From a virus (taxonomy: Duplodnaviria; Caudoviricetes): a DNA stretch of 64,000 nt. Below, one piece after another: positions 55,344 to 63,598 of the stretch; position 1 is the stretch's first letter, and each line of letters begins with the position of its first letter. Location: IMG/VR virus record IMGVR_UViG_2974611271_000001, positions 1 through 64,000 of that record. One strand, written 5' to 3'. Position numbers and translations under genes: made by a program. Under the pieces are notes generated by a model, which did no database searches, had not been told where the DNA came from, and was given only the letters and a program-made list of their open reading frames with translations.

Positions 55344-56192
55344 ATGACATCGAAAGCACTCGTCGTCCTGTCAGGCGGACAGGATTCCACGACATGCCTC
55401 TACTGGGCCCTGCAGCAGGGCTACGATGAGGTCCACGCCATCACCTTCGACTACAATCAGCGCCATCGTGCCGAGATCGACGCAGCCGTGAAGATCGCGA
55501 AGGACGCCGGCGTGAAGACGCACCAGGTGATCGAGATCGGTCCGATCCTGGGCGGCACGTCGCCGCTCGTGTCCGACAACGAACTCGAGCAGTATCCCGA
55601 TGGTGACCTGCCCGGCGGTCTCGAAAAGACCTTCGTGCCGATGCGCAACCAGACCTTCCTCACGCTCGCAGCGAACCGCGCCTACGTGCTCGGCTGTCGC
55701 AACCTGATCACGGGCGTTTGTCAGGAAGACTTCGGCGGCTACCCCGACTGTCGGCAGGTGTTCATCGACGCGCTCGAGAAGGCCTGCAACCTGGGCACAT
55801 TCACGGGTGAGGATGGCGCGCTCGGCGCGTTGAAGATCCACACCCCGCTGATGAACCTCACGAAGGCCGAAAGCGTGCATCTCGCGCGCCGCCTGCCCGG
55901 GTGCATGGAGGCGCTCGCGTACTCCCACACGGCCTACGACGGTCAGTATCCGCCGACCGGCTCCGATCACGCGACGAAGTTGCGCGAACAGGGCTTCGAG
56001 GCGGCAGGCGTCGCGGACCCGATCTGGTTGCGTGCCGCGTGCGAAGGCCTGGGCGAGCTGCCCGCGTCGTCGAACTACGACATCGCGCGCGAAGTCACGG
56101 CGAAGGGTCCCAAGGGCAAGAAGAAGCACTGGACGCCTGACGAGTTCGTCTCGCTCGTTCAGGAAGCCGAGTTCGACGCGGTGCCCGCCTGA
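55344..56192 (+). CDS. queC: 7-cyano-7-deazaguanine synthase
   Basis: SGGQDSTT, FDYNQRH..E, TFVPMRN, GYPDCR..F, TPLM.LTK. Confidence 0.93.
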   Translation: MTSKALVVLSGGQDSTTCLYWALQQGYDEVHAITFDYNQRHRAEIDAAVKIAKDAGVKTHQVIEIGPILGGTSPLVSDNELEQYPDGDLPGGLEKTFVPMRNQTFLTLAANRAYVLGCRNLITGVCQEDFGGYPDCRQVFIDALEKACNLGTFTGEDGALGALKIHTPLMNLTKAESVHLARRLPGCMEALAYSHTAYDGQYPPTGSDHATKLREQGFEAAGVADPIWLRAACEGLGELPASSNYDIAREVTAKGPKGKKKHWTPDEFVSLVQEAEFDAVPA

Positions 56193-56755
56193 TGGACACG
56201 AAGCACGACATCATCCGCGCGATGCTGCGCGAGATCGGTGAGGATGAACGCGAAGGGCTGGCTGAAACGCCAGCCCGGGTCGTCAAGGCGTGGAACACCT
56301 GGTTCGGCGGATACGGGCGCGACCCGGTCGAAGTCCTGAAGGTGTTCGAAGACGGCGCCGAAGGCGTGGACGAGATGGTCATCGAAGTCGACATCCCGTT
56401 CTACACGCACTGCGAGCACCACATGGCGCCTTTCTTCGGCCTCGCGTCCGTCGCGTATGTCCCGAACGGGAAAGTGCTCGGCCTGTCGAAGATGAACCGC
56501 CTCGTCGATCTGTTCGCGCGTCGCCTGCAGGTTCAGGAGCGTCTCACGAACCAGATCGCCGACGCGCTCGAGGAAAACCTGAAACCGAAAGGCGTGGGCG
56601 TCCTGCTGCGTGCGCGCCACATGTGCGTCGAGTCGCGCGGTGTTCAGCATCGCGGATGCTCGACCACGACGAGCGCGCTGCGAGGCGCGATCAAAGACGA
56701 ACCGGACGCGCGGATGGAATTCCTGACGCTCGCCAAGACGACAACGCCAATCTGA
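56192..56755 (+). CDS. folE: GTP cyclohydrolase I
   Basis: REGL.ETP.RV, CEHH..PF, GLSK..R, RRLQVQERLT.QIA, HMC...RG. Confidence 0.95.
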   Translation: MDTKHDIIRAMLREIGEDEREGLAETPARVVKAWNTWFGGYGRDPVEVLKVFEDGAEGVDEMVIEVDIPFYTHCEHHMAPFFGLASVAYVPNGKVLGLSKMNRLVDLFARRLQVQERLTNQIADALEENLKPKGVGVLLRARHMCVESRGVQHRGCSTTTSALRGAIKDEPDARMEFLTLAKTTTPI

Positions 56756-56763
56756 GGACCAAC

Positions 56764-57348
56764 ATGACCACGGAATACTCGAAACCCGACGACCTCGAGA
56801 AGCTGGGCTCCGGCTCCGCTGATCAACGTGAGTGGCCCAAGCTGCCTCCCACGCCCGAAGTGCTCGAGCGCTTCCCGAACCCGATGAAGTTCTCGCGTCA
56901 CCCGTCGCCCAATCCCATCCAGCTCGGCGGCTACGACGACCCCTTCGAGTTCACTTCGCTGTGTCCGAAGACCGGTCAGCCCGATCATGCGCGCATCGTC
57001 GTCAACTACCAGCCGAAGGACTGGTGCGTTGAGTCGAAGTCGTGGAAGATCTACCTGCAATCGTTCCGGCTGCATGGCGAATTCCACGAGTCTTGCATCC
57101 AGCGCATCAAGGACGACCTGGTCGACCTGCTCGACCCGCTGTGGATCGAGGTGACCGGCGAGTTCACGCCGCGCGGCGGCATCTCGATCAACCCGACTGC
57201 GCGCTGGGAATACCCGATGAAGGGCGTCACGTTCGAACAGATGACCGACACGCGCTCGCCGCAAGATCGCCTGAACGAGATGCTGGCGAATGGCTCGCAC
57301 GTCGGCGAGCGTATCGGTGAAGGCGAAATGCCTGATCCGACCATGTGA
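56764..57348 (+). CDS. queF: NADPH-dependent preQ0 reductase (type I)
   Basis: EFTSLCPKTGQPD, QueF motif ESKSWKIYL, FHESC, PRGGI. Confidence 0.92.
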   Translation: MTTEYSKPDDLEKLGSGSADQREWPKLPPTPEVLERFPNPMKFSRHPSPNPIQLGGYDDPFEFTSLCPKTGQPDHARIVVNYQPKDWCVESKSWKIYLQSFRLHGEFHESCIQRIKDDLVDLLDPLWIEVTGEFTPRGGISINPTARWEYPMKGVTFEQMTDTRSPQDRLNEMLANGSHVGERIGEGEMPDPTM

Positions 57349-57430
57349 TCAAGATGCGCGCCTTGTTTCGTCCTTGAGGCAAGGCGCGCATCCCACTACA
57401 ACGGTTGCACATCGAACAACGGAGACCGAC

Positions 57431-57628
57431 ATGGCCCACAACTACCTCACCGACGCGCAGTCGCGCATCGTGCAGCAGATCAGCAACGACGTGACCGTGC
57501 CGGAAAAGATCCGCAACGTCGTCGTCGCTGCGATGCGTCAGCGCAATGCCAAACTTCGTGGCTCGTTCGACGATTGCCGGGAAGCGAACGATGCGCTGGT
57601 CAGCGCTGTTGATGCGCTGGAGGTCTGA
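57431..57628 (+). CDS. small early-type protein
   Basis: CAACGGAGA leader; MAHNYLTD... Confidence 0.6.
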   Translation: MAHNYLTDAQSRIVQQISNDVTVPEKIRNVVVAAMRQRNAKLRGSFDDCREANDALVSAVDALEV

Positions 57629-57630
57629 TC

Positions 57631-58923
57631 ATGCACCTTTACATGAGCGGCACGCCGCGCAACGACCCCTACCAGACCATCGAGAATCGCCTCTGCACGC
57701 ATCGCCTTTTCTCGATGCACGCCGAGTATGAACGCCCAGTGCTGCGCTGGGTCGATGATCTGCGCAACGGCATCCTCGACGCTGAGGACTACCTGCGCGC
57801 CTACCCGCACCACCGAGACAACATCATCAAGCGCGACGCCGCGCGCCGTGAGATGCAGAAGCAGTATGGGCACAGCGAGGACTACGACATGTCCGAAGTG
57901 CTCGAGCACGTCTGCAAGACGCTCAAGGGCCGTCCATACCCGAAGGCGATCCTGCTCGACTCGGGCGCGTTCACGGCCTGGAACAAAGGCGAGACGACGA
58001 CGGTCGACGACGTGAAGCGCAAGTACACGTCCTTCATCGAGAAGGCCGGCGACATGTTCGACGAGATCTGGGGCGTCAACCTCGACGTAATCCCGGGCGA
58101 AAAAGGTCGCGACCCGACCGAAGACGAACTCAAGCGCGCGGTCGAGGTGTCGGACATCAACTTCGAGATCCTGGTCAAGGAGTTCGGGGACATCATCCTT
58201 CCCGTGTATCACCAAGGCGAAAGCCTCGACCGGCTCGACGGGTGCGTTGCGCAGGTCGATGGCAAATCGAACTACATCTGCGTCTCGCCTCGAAACGACC
58301 TGCCGGAAGGCAAGCGCGTCGATTGGTCGCGCGACGTTCACTTCGAGATCAAGCGTCGCTACTCGCACATCATGACGCACGGCCTCGCGACGACGGGCAA
58401 TCGCATGGTTCGCACCGTGCCGTGGTACTCGGGCGACTCCGCCGCATGGGTGCAGCACGGCGGCTTCGGCATGATCGACATCTTCCACGACGAAGATCAC
58501 TCGTTCGGTCGCAAAGCGCAGCCGCACTACATGAACTACTTCGTGTCGCTCGACAAAGTCGAGTTCGACCTCGACGGCTCCTTCGTGTCGAAGACCGGTG
58601 AGCGTTTAAACGCGCGGTCGCTCGGCTGTCATGAGGATATGAAGATGGGCGAGGTTGCCGAGGTCTTGATGCAGCATGTGTCCGACATCGACGCGCTGCC
58701 CATGGTTGGCGGTCACATTCGCGACGAGTCCAAGCACTTCAATCGGCTGGGACCTGAGCACCGTGCGTTCATCAAGCAACGCGTCGAACGCCTCGGTTTC
58801 CCGTTCGAGTCGTGCCGCTGGGATTCTCGCATCAGGAATCTGATCTGCATGGCTGAGTTCGTCGAGTTCGCTGAATGGGCGAAAGATGCGCCGAAAGACC
58901 GCGCGCAGGTGAGCCTCTTCTGA
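57631..58923 (+). CDS. dpdA: DNA-guanine transglycosylase (DpdA-like, TGT fold)
   Basis: LLDSGAFT, NLDVIPG, LPVYHQGE, HGLA, PWYSGDSAAW; next to que genes. Confidence 0.8.
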   Translation: MHLYMSGTPRNDPYQTIENRLCTHRLFSMHAEYERPVLRWVDDLRNGILDAEDYLRAYPHHRDNIIKRDAARREMQKQYGHSEDYDMSEVLEHVCKTLKGRPYPKAILLDSGAFTAWNKGETTTVDDVKRKYTSFIEKAGDMFDEIWGVNLDVIPGEKGRDPTEDELKRAVEVSDINFEILVKEFGDIILPVYHQGESLDRLDGCVAQVDGKSNYICVSPRNDLPEGKRVDWSRDVHFEIKRRYSHIMTHGLATTGNRMVRTVPWYSGDSAAWVQHGGFGMIDIFHDEDHSFGRKAQPHYMNYFVSLDKVEFDLDGSFVSKTGERLNARSLGCHEDMKMGEVAEVLMQHVSDIDALPMVGGHIRDESKHFNRLGPEHRAFIKQRVERLGFPFESCRWDSRIRNLICMAEFVEFAEWAKDAPKDRAQVSLF

Positions 58924-59234
58924 TGTTTGAGATCCTGCACTCCGCAATGCAACGCGACCAGGTGCGTTTCGTGGACGACGGCTTCTTCATGTTCGCGGAT
59001 CGGGGCGACTTCGTCACGTCGACCGCGTTCTTCGCCATGAAGCCATCCGCGGCGCACATCATGGTCGCAGACATCGAGAAGATCGCGAACGGGCGACCGA
59101 TCAGGATCAGTCTGAACAAGGCCGACGAACTCGAGGCACGCGCGCTGGAATCGTCCGGCTTTGTCGTCGTCGAGGAGAAAGGCCAGCTCAACTACTGGGT
59201 GAAGGGGGACCTGCATGCTGCTCGCGATGCGTGA
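58923..59234 (+). CDS. degenerate GNAT-fold paralogue
   Basis: Aligns by eye with next gene (VDDG/VDGG, AMKP/ATKP, ESSGF/EKKGF, GQLNYW/GRELNVW); lacks G.G motif. Confidence 0.6.
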   Translation: MFEILHSAMQRDQVRFVDDGFFMFADRGDFVTSTAFFAMKPSAAHIMVADIEKIANGRPIRISLNKADELEARALESSGFVVVEEKGQLNYWVKGDLHAARDA

Positions 59235-59550
59235 GGCCGCCGAGGCCGGACATCTCAAGATCGTCGATGGCGGGTTGCTCGAGTTCAAACCGCGCCGCGA
59301 CGGGCAACTGACGATCTACACCATTGTGGCGACGAAGCCCGGCGTCGGTTCGCAACTGTTCAAGTGGCTGCTCGACTACTGCCGCGAGCACCGCGTGCAA
59401 TTCATTCAGGCGAAGTGCCCGGTCGATCTGCCGAGCAACGCCTGGTACGAGAAAAAGGGCTTCGAACTCGCGTGCGTCGAAAAGACGAAACGCTCGGGCC
59501 GTGAGTTGAACGTGTGGCGGTATCCGCTGACACGTCGGGAGCTGTTCTGA
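59215..59550 (+). CDS. GNAT acetyltransferase
   Basis: IYTIV..KPGVGSQL (motif A), SNAWYEKKGF (motif B). Confidence 0.8.
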   Translation: MLLAMREAAEAGHLKIVDGGLLEFKPRRDGQLTIYTIVATKPGVGSQLFKWLLDYCREHRVQFIQAKCPVDLPSNAWYEKKGFELACVEKTKRSGRELNVWRYPLTRRELF

Positions 59551-60758
59551 TGGATTGGTCCGATGATCAAAAGACCGCGCTGACGCGCATCGACCAATGG
59601 TTGAAGCAGAGCGATTCTCCGCGGTTCTCTCTGGGTGGCTACGCCGGGACGGGTAAGACGACGCTCGCCAAGCACATCGCGGAGAGCCACGGCGGAGACG
59701 TGCGCTTTGCGGCGTTCACAGGCAAAGCCGCGTCCGTGTTGCGCGCGAAGGGCTGTCCAGGTGCGACGACCATCCACAAACTGATCTACCAGCCGAAAGG
59801 CGACACCAACGCTTCGCAGATCGACGAACTGCGACAACTGATCGAAAACGAATCCGCGAAACCTGAACCCGACCGCGCGAACATCGCGACATGGAAGCAC
59901 GACCTCGAACGGCTCGAGGCGGAATCCAATGCGATGTTTGAGCGCAAGGCCGAAGCCGAGATCGCGGAAGCGGACCTCGTGATCATCGACGAGTCGTCGA
60001 TGGTCGACCGACGCATGGGAAGCGACCTCGAGTCCTACGGCGTGCCGATCCTGTATCTCGGCGACCCCGGCCAGCTCCCGCCCGTCAAAGGCAAGGCGCA
60101 TCTTCGTCCCGGCGAGTACGACTACGTCCTCGAGCAGATCCATCGCCAAGCGGCGGACAGCCCGATCATCTGGCTCGCCAATCAGGTGCGCAACGGGCAC
60201 GAGATCCAGTTCGGCACGTTCGACGGCCTGGTGCGCTGCCTGCCGAAGTCGTCGTGGGACATGGATCTCGTCGTCAACGCAGATCAGGTCCTGACAGGAA
60301 CCAACGTGTCGCGGCATCGCATCACGCGGTCGATGCGCAAGCACATCGGTTTCGAGCAGCTCTATCCGCTCGCCAACGACAAACTCGTGATCCGAAAGAA
60401 CGATCACGAGAAAGCGATCCTGAACGGCGTCACGTGTCGCGCGGTGCGCGAAGGTTTCCTGCGCAACGGCATCCTTCGACTGGACATCGAGTACGACGGT
60501 CGAGTGCTCGCAGACCAGCTCTGTTGCCCGGGCTATTTCCAGGAAAACTACGGCGAGCGAACCGTCTGGAAAAAAGGCGACGGCATCACCCACGTCGACT
60601 ATGGCTACTGCATCACTGGTCACAAGTCGCAGGGCTCGCAATGGCGGCACGTCGTCGTCGCAGACGACCGGATGCGTGCCCAGGACCGCGAACAGCGCAA
60701 GCGCTGGCTCTATACCGTTATCACACGCGCAGAAGAGGAACTGACGTATTATGTCTAG
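59550..60758 (+). CDS. Dda/RecD-like SF1B helicase
   Basis: GYAGTGKTT, FTGKAA, IDESSM, GDPGQLPPV, HRQ, HKSQGSQW, YT.ITRA. Confidence 0.9.
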   Translation: MDWSDDQKTALTRIDQWLKQSDSPRFSLGGYAGTGKTTLAKHIAESHGGDVRFAAFTGKAASVLRAKGCPGATTIHKLIYQPKGDTNASQIDELRQLIENESAKPEPDRANIATWKHDLERLEAESNAMFERKAEAEIAEADLVIIDESSMVDRRMGSDLESYGVPILYLGDPGQLPPVKGKAHLRPGEYDYVLEQIHRQAADSPIIWLANQVRNGHEIQFGTFDGLVRCLPKSSWDMDLVVNADQVLTGTNVSRHRITRSMRKHIGFEQLYPLANDKLVIRKNDHEKAILNGVTCRAVREGFLRNGILRLDIEYDGRVLADQLCCPGYFQENYGERTVWKKGDGITHVDYGYCITGHKSQGSQWRHVVVADDRMRAQDREQRKRWLYTVITRAEEELTYYV

Positions 60759-61122
60759 GACTCGCGAGCAACACAACGCTTACATGCGAGAGTGGCGCAC
60801 GCGCGACCCAGTTCGTGCGTTACTGGCGTCCGCGAAGAAGTCAGCAAAAATTCGCGGAATTGAGTTCTCGCTCGTCCGAGAAGACGTCAAGATTCCTGCG
60901 CGCTGCCCAATCTTTGCAATCCCGCTGCGCCTCGGTAAAGAAGGACTTGGAGCATGTCGAGATGCGGCGCCTTCTATTGACCGAATTGACTCGAGCAAAG
61001 GATACGTTCGAGGAAATATCGTCGTGGTATCGTTCAAAGCGAACCGCATCAAGAGCAACGCCTCAGCCGACGAGGTGTTGAAAGTCGGAAGATTCTACAA
61101 GGAGCTGACAACTAATGTTTGA
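60751..61122 (+). CDS. HNH-like endonuclease (putative homing endonuclease)
   Basis: CPIF.IPL...PSIDRIDSSKGY..GN..VVS..AN..K; AT-shifted codons. Confidence 0.75.
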   Translation: MSRTREQHNAYMREWRTRDPVRALLASAKKSAKIRGIEFSLVREDVKIPARCPIFAIPLRLGKEGLGACRDAAPSIDRIDSSKGYVRGNIVVVSFKANRIKSNASADEVLKVGRFYKELTTNV

Positions 61123-61552
61123 CACCTTCCACGATCACCTGAGCCGGCAGTGCGCTGTCGGCCGCGAGAAGTTCGGCCCTGGCGAACGCACGAAAGGCGT
61201 GATGGACCACATCCGCAAGGAGTTCGACGAGATCGAAGCCGAGGAAACGCCCGACGGGCGCGCCGAGGAATGGACGGACGTCGCCATCCTGGGCCTCGAC
61301 GGTCTGTTGCGCGCCGTTCGCGAAATGCTGCGCAAGCAGCTCTCGAAGCAGGAGGTCCCGCACGGCATCAACGTCGACCGCGGGGGCAACATCCTGGGCT
61401 ATAACGGCGAGCCGACCAACGACTTCGTCGCCGCGGTCGCGTGCCGCATGATCCGCCAGAAGCAGGCGAAGAACGAATTGCGCGACTTCGGCAACTGGCG
61501 CGACAAGTCCGAAGACGTCGCAATCGAGCACACGCGAGGCATCCATGACTGA
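61115..61552 (+). CDS. DUF550 dATP/dGTP pyrophosphohydrolase (MazG-like)
   Basis: FGPG.R..G..DHIRKE..E...EW.DV.IL.LDG..R...KQ.KN..R.F..WR. Confidence 0.85.
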   Translation: MFDTFHDHLSRQCAVGREKFGPGERTKGVMDHIRKEFDEIEAEETPDGRAEEWTDVAILGLDGLLRAVREMLRKQLSKQEVPHGINVDRGGNILGYNGEPTNDFVAAVACRMIRQKQAKNELRDFGNWRDKSEDVAIEHTRGIHD

Positions 61553-62213
61553 GATCAAGACACTCGTCTTCGACACCGAAACCAACGGCAAGCGCCCGAA
61601 GGGGCGTAACGTGCCGTTGACGTCCGAGCCCGGTCTCGTCCAGCTCGCCGCGATCTTGTATCTCGGCCGGCGACCCGTCGGGCACATGTCTTGCTTCATG
61701 CCGCCGTTGGGTGCGCAAGGTGATCGACGACCCATCCCCGATCCCGCGCTCGCGCCGAACGGCTTGACGGAGAAGGACTACGAATTCTTCCGAAAATCGG
61801 GCATCACCGAGGAAACGGTCGACGCAGCCGGCCTTCCGTTCAAGGTGGGCGTCGCGATGTTCAACAACTTCGTGAAGGTCGCCGACCGCATCGTTGCGCA
61901 CAACATCGCCTTCGACGATCCGATTGTCCGGGCCGCCTACTCCCGCATCGCGTGCCCGCAGCAAGAGCTTTGGGAAACACCCAAGTTCTGCACTATGAAA
62001 ACCCTCGAGCCCGTGCTCAAACTGCCTGGCAAGTATGGCTACAAATTCCCGACGCTGGACGAGTCATACCGAGCACTCGTGGACCCGATGGGTTTCGAGG
62101 GCGCTCACGATGCGATGGTCGACGTGGAAGCGTGCGCCGCCGTGCTGTGGGCAATCGAAGACAAGGGTCACGACCTCTGGCAGCTGCCCGAGAATTGGCC
62201 GAAAGGAGAATGA
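61545..62213 (+). CDS. DEDDh 3'-5' exonuclease (DnaQ-like)
   Basis: FDTETNG, VAHNIAFD, AHDAMVDV. Confidence 0.88.
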   Translation: MTEIKTLVFDTETNGKRPKGRNVPLTSEPGLVQLAAILYLGRRPVGHMSCFMPPLGAQGDRRPIPDPALAPNGLTEKDYEFFRKSGITEETVDAAGLPFKVGVAMFNNFVKVADRIVAHNIAFDDPIVRAAYSRIACPQQELWETPKFCTMKTLEPVLKLPGKYGYKFPTLDESYRALVDPMGFEGAHDAMVDVEACAAVLWAIEDKGHDLWQLPENWPKGE

Positions 62214-62216
62214 ACG

Positions 62217-63191
62217 GTGAAAACAGAATTCAACCTCATCCGTCCCGCGTGTGACTTCGCTGGTGTGATCTCGACCGACGCGTCGGTTCACATCCTCGGC
62301 GGTCGCATGGAGACGGCAAACAAGAAACTGATCGTGTCGCAGCCGGTCGACGGCCTGCCCGACATGACGGTCGCCGCGGTCGATCTCGACTTCGTCTTGC
62401 GCAAGATGCCGGACGTCGAGTCGGTCAAGGTCAACAAGACCTTCGCGACGCTCAATCCGTCGACCGGGTCCTCGACGCGTATCAAGTTGATGCCCGACGG
62501 CAAGCCCTACAAGAAACCCGACATCGAGACGACCGACATCGTGGACATCGCCGGTCTGCTGAACGGCATCGACGAAGTGCTCCCGTTCTCTGTCGGCGAT
62601 CCGACACGACCCTGGTCCGAAGGCGCGCGGTTCGACGGCACGAAGATCACCGCCACGAACTCGACGATGCTGATCCAGGCGAACATGGCGGAGAGCTGCG
62701 GTCTCGACGGCATCACGATCTCGCGTGAAGCGCTGCAGTACATCGCGCAGAGAGGCGACGCTCTGAAAGCGTGGGGCGTGTCTGAGCGCGGCATCCTGCT
62801 CGAGTATCACGACGGCGGCTGGGCGCTTGTCGCTCGCATGTCGATGGAGATGCCCGACAACGCGGTGACGATGATCAACGGCATCAACGATTGGTCCGAC
62901 ATGCAGGAAGTCGACGACGAGTACCGCGCGGCGCTCGAGTTCACGTCCGACTTCGCCGAGAAGGCGGTCGAGATCCATGCCGACAAGATCTTCGGCGCGC
63001 GGTACTCGTCGGAACACGACGAGCCTGCGACGACGAATCTCGGCGACGTTGACAAGGCGGTCTTCGATCCGAAGAACCTCGTGCTTGTCGCGCGCGTCGC
63101 GAACGAGATCGGTTTCGACCGGTACCCGAACCCGGTACCGTTCACCACCCCCGGCGGCTCGAAAGGCCTCATCGCCGGACTCATCGAGTAA
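62217..63191 (+). CDS. DNA sliding clamp-like protein (DnaN-like, divergent)
   Basis: 324 aa; ATN motif in second domain, C-terminal P..F......GLI..; follows DnaQ-like gene. Confidence 0.55.
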   Translation: MKTEFNLIRPACDFAGVISTDASVHILGGRMETANKKLIVSQPVDGLPDMTVAAVDLDFVLRKMPDVESVKVNKTFATLNPSTGSSTRIKLMPDGKPYKKPDIETTDIVDIAGLLNGIDEVLPFSVGDPTRPWSEGARFDGTKITATNSTMLIQANMAESCGLDGITISREALQYIAQRGDALKAWGVSERGILLEYHDGGWALVARMSMEMPDNAVTMINGINDWSDMQEVDDEYRAALEFTSDFAEKAVEIHADKIFGARYSSEHDEPATTNLGDVDKAVFDPKNLVLVARVANEIGFDRYPNPVPFTTPGGSKGLIAGLIE

Positions 63192-63205
63192 GAAAGGCCC
63201 AACGG

Positions 63206-63598
63206 ATGAACATTTTCAGCAAACTCGTGCAGGCGCTCACGGGCGACAAGACGAAGGAAGGCCCGATCCCGGGCGCGATGGGGCGCATCCTCGCGCAGCA
63301 AGGCATCTACAAGATCGGCCCGCACGTGCGCAAAGGCACGCCGGTCAATGTCCTGATGGGCTGCAAGGAAGAACTCGTGATCGTTCCCGGCTCTGATCGG
63401 CCCGCGACGCGCAAGGACGGCACGCCGATCATCGGCACCGCGAAGGGCGGGAAGAAGTATCAGGTCATGGACCAGTACGCGATCCCGAAAAAGCGCTGGA
63501 AGGCGATGCAGAACGACCAGAAGCGCAAGGCCGAGGGTCGCTGGTATTCCGGCGAGCCGCAATCGTCCATCGACGCGCGGAAAGCGAAGGCGGCCTGA
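63206..63598 (+). CDS. hypothetical basic protein
   Basis: 130-aa ORF coupled to queE. Confidence 0.6.
   Translation: MNIFSKLVQALTGDKTKEGPIPGAMGRILAQQGIYKIGPHVRKGTPVNVLMGCKEELVIVPGSDRPATRKDGTPIIGTAKGGKKYQVMDQYAIPKKRWKAMQNDQKRKAEGRWYSGEPQSSIDARKAKAA

Larger units (their letters stand above)
5352..58611. repeat. dispersed palindrome GTTTAAAC, at least 14 copies
   Basis: Starts at 5352, 5866, 7601, 18072, 21525, 23932, 25217, 29587, 37103, 41810, 46160, 50776, 55293, 58604. Confidence 0.9.

Noticed and set aside
56290-56763. 352-aa ORF suggesting a long N-terminal fusion on QueF
   Set aside because: Upstream part overlaps folE out of frame; real start is ATG 56764 after GAGG
5352-58611. GTTTAAAC as engineered PmeI cloning sites
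   Set aside because: Sites are in-frame within natural genes in two different reading registers with no vector sequence; engineering is unlikely though not formally excluded
57631-58923. tRNA-guanine transglycosylase (Tgt) for queuosine tRNA modification
   Set aside because: No Tgt zinc motif (CxCxxC...H) and no queA/queG; motif pattern and replication context fit DNA-targeting DpdA better
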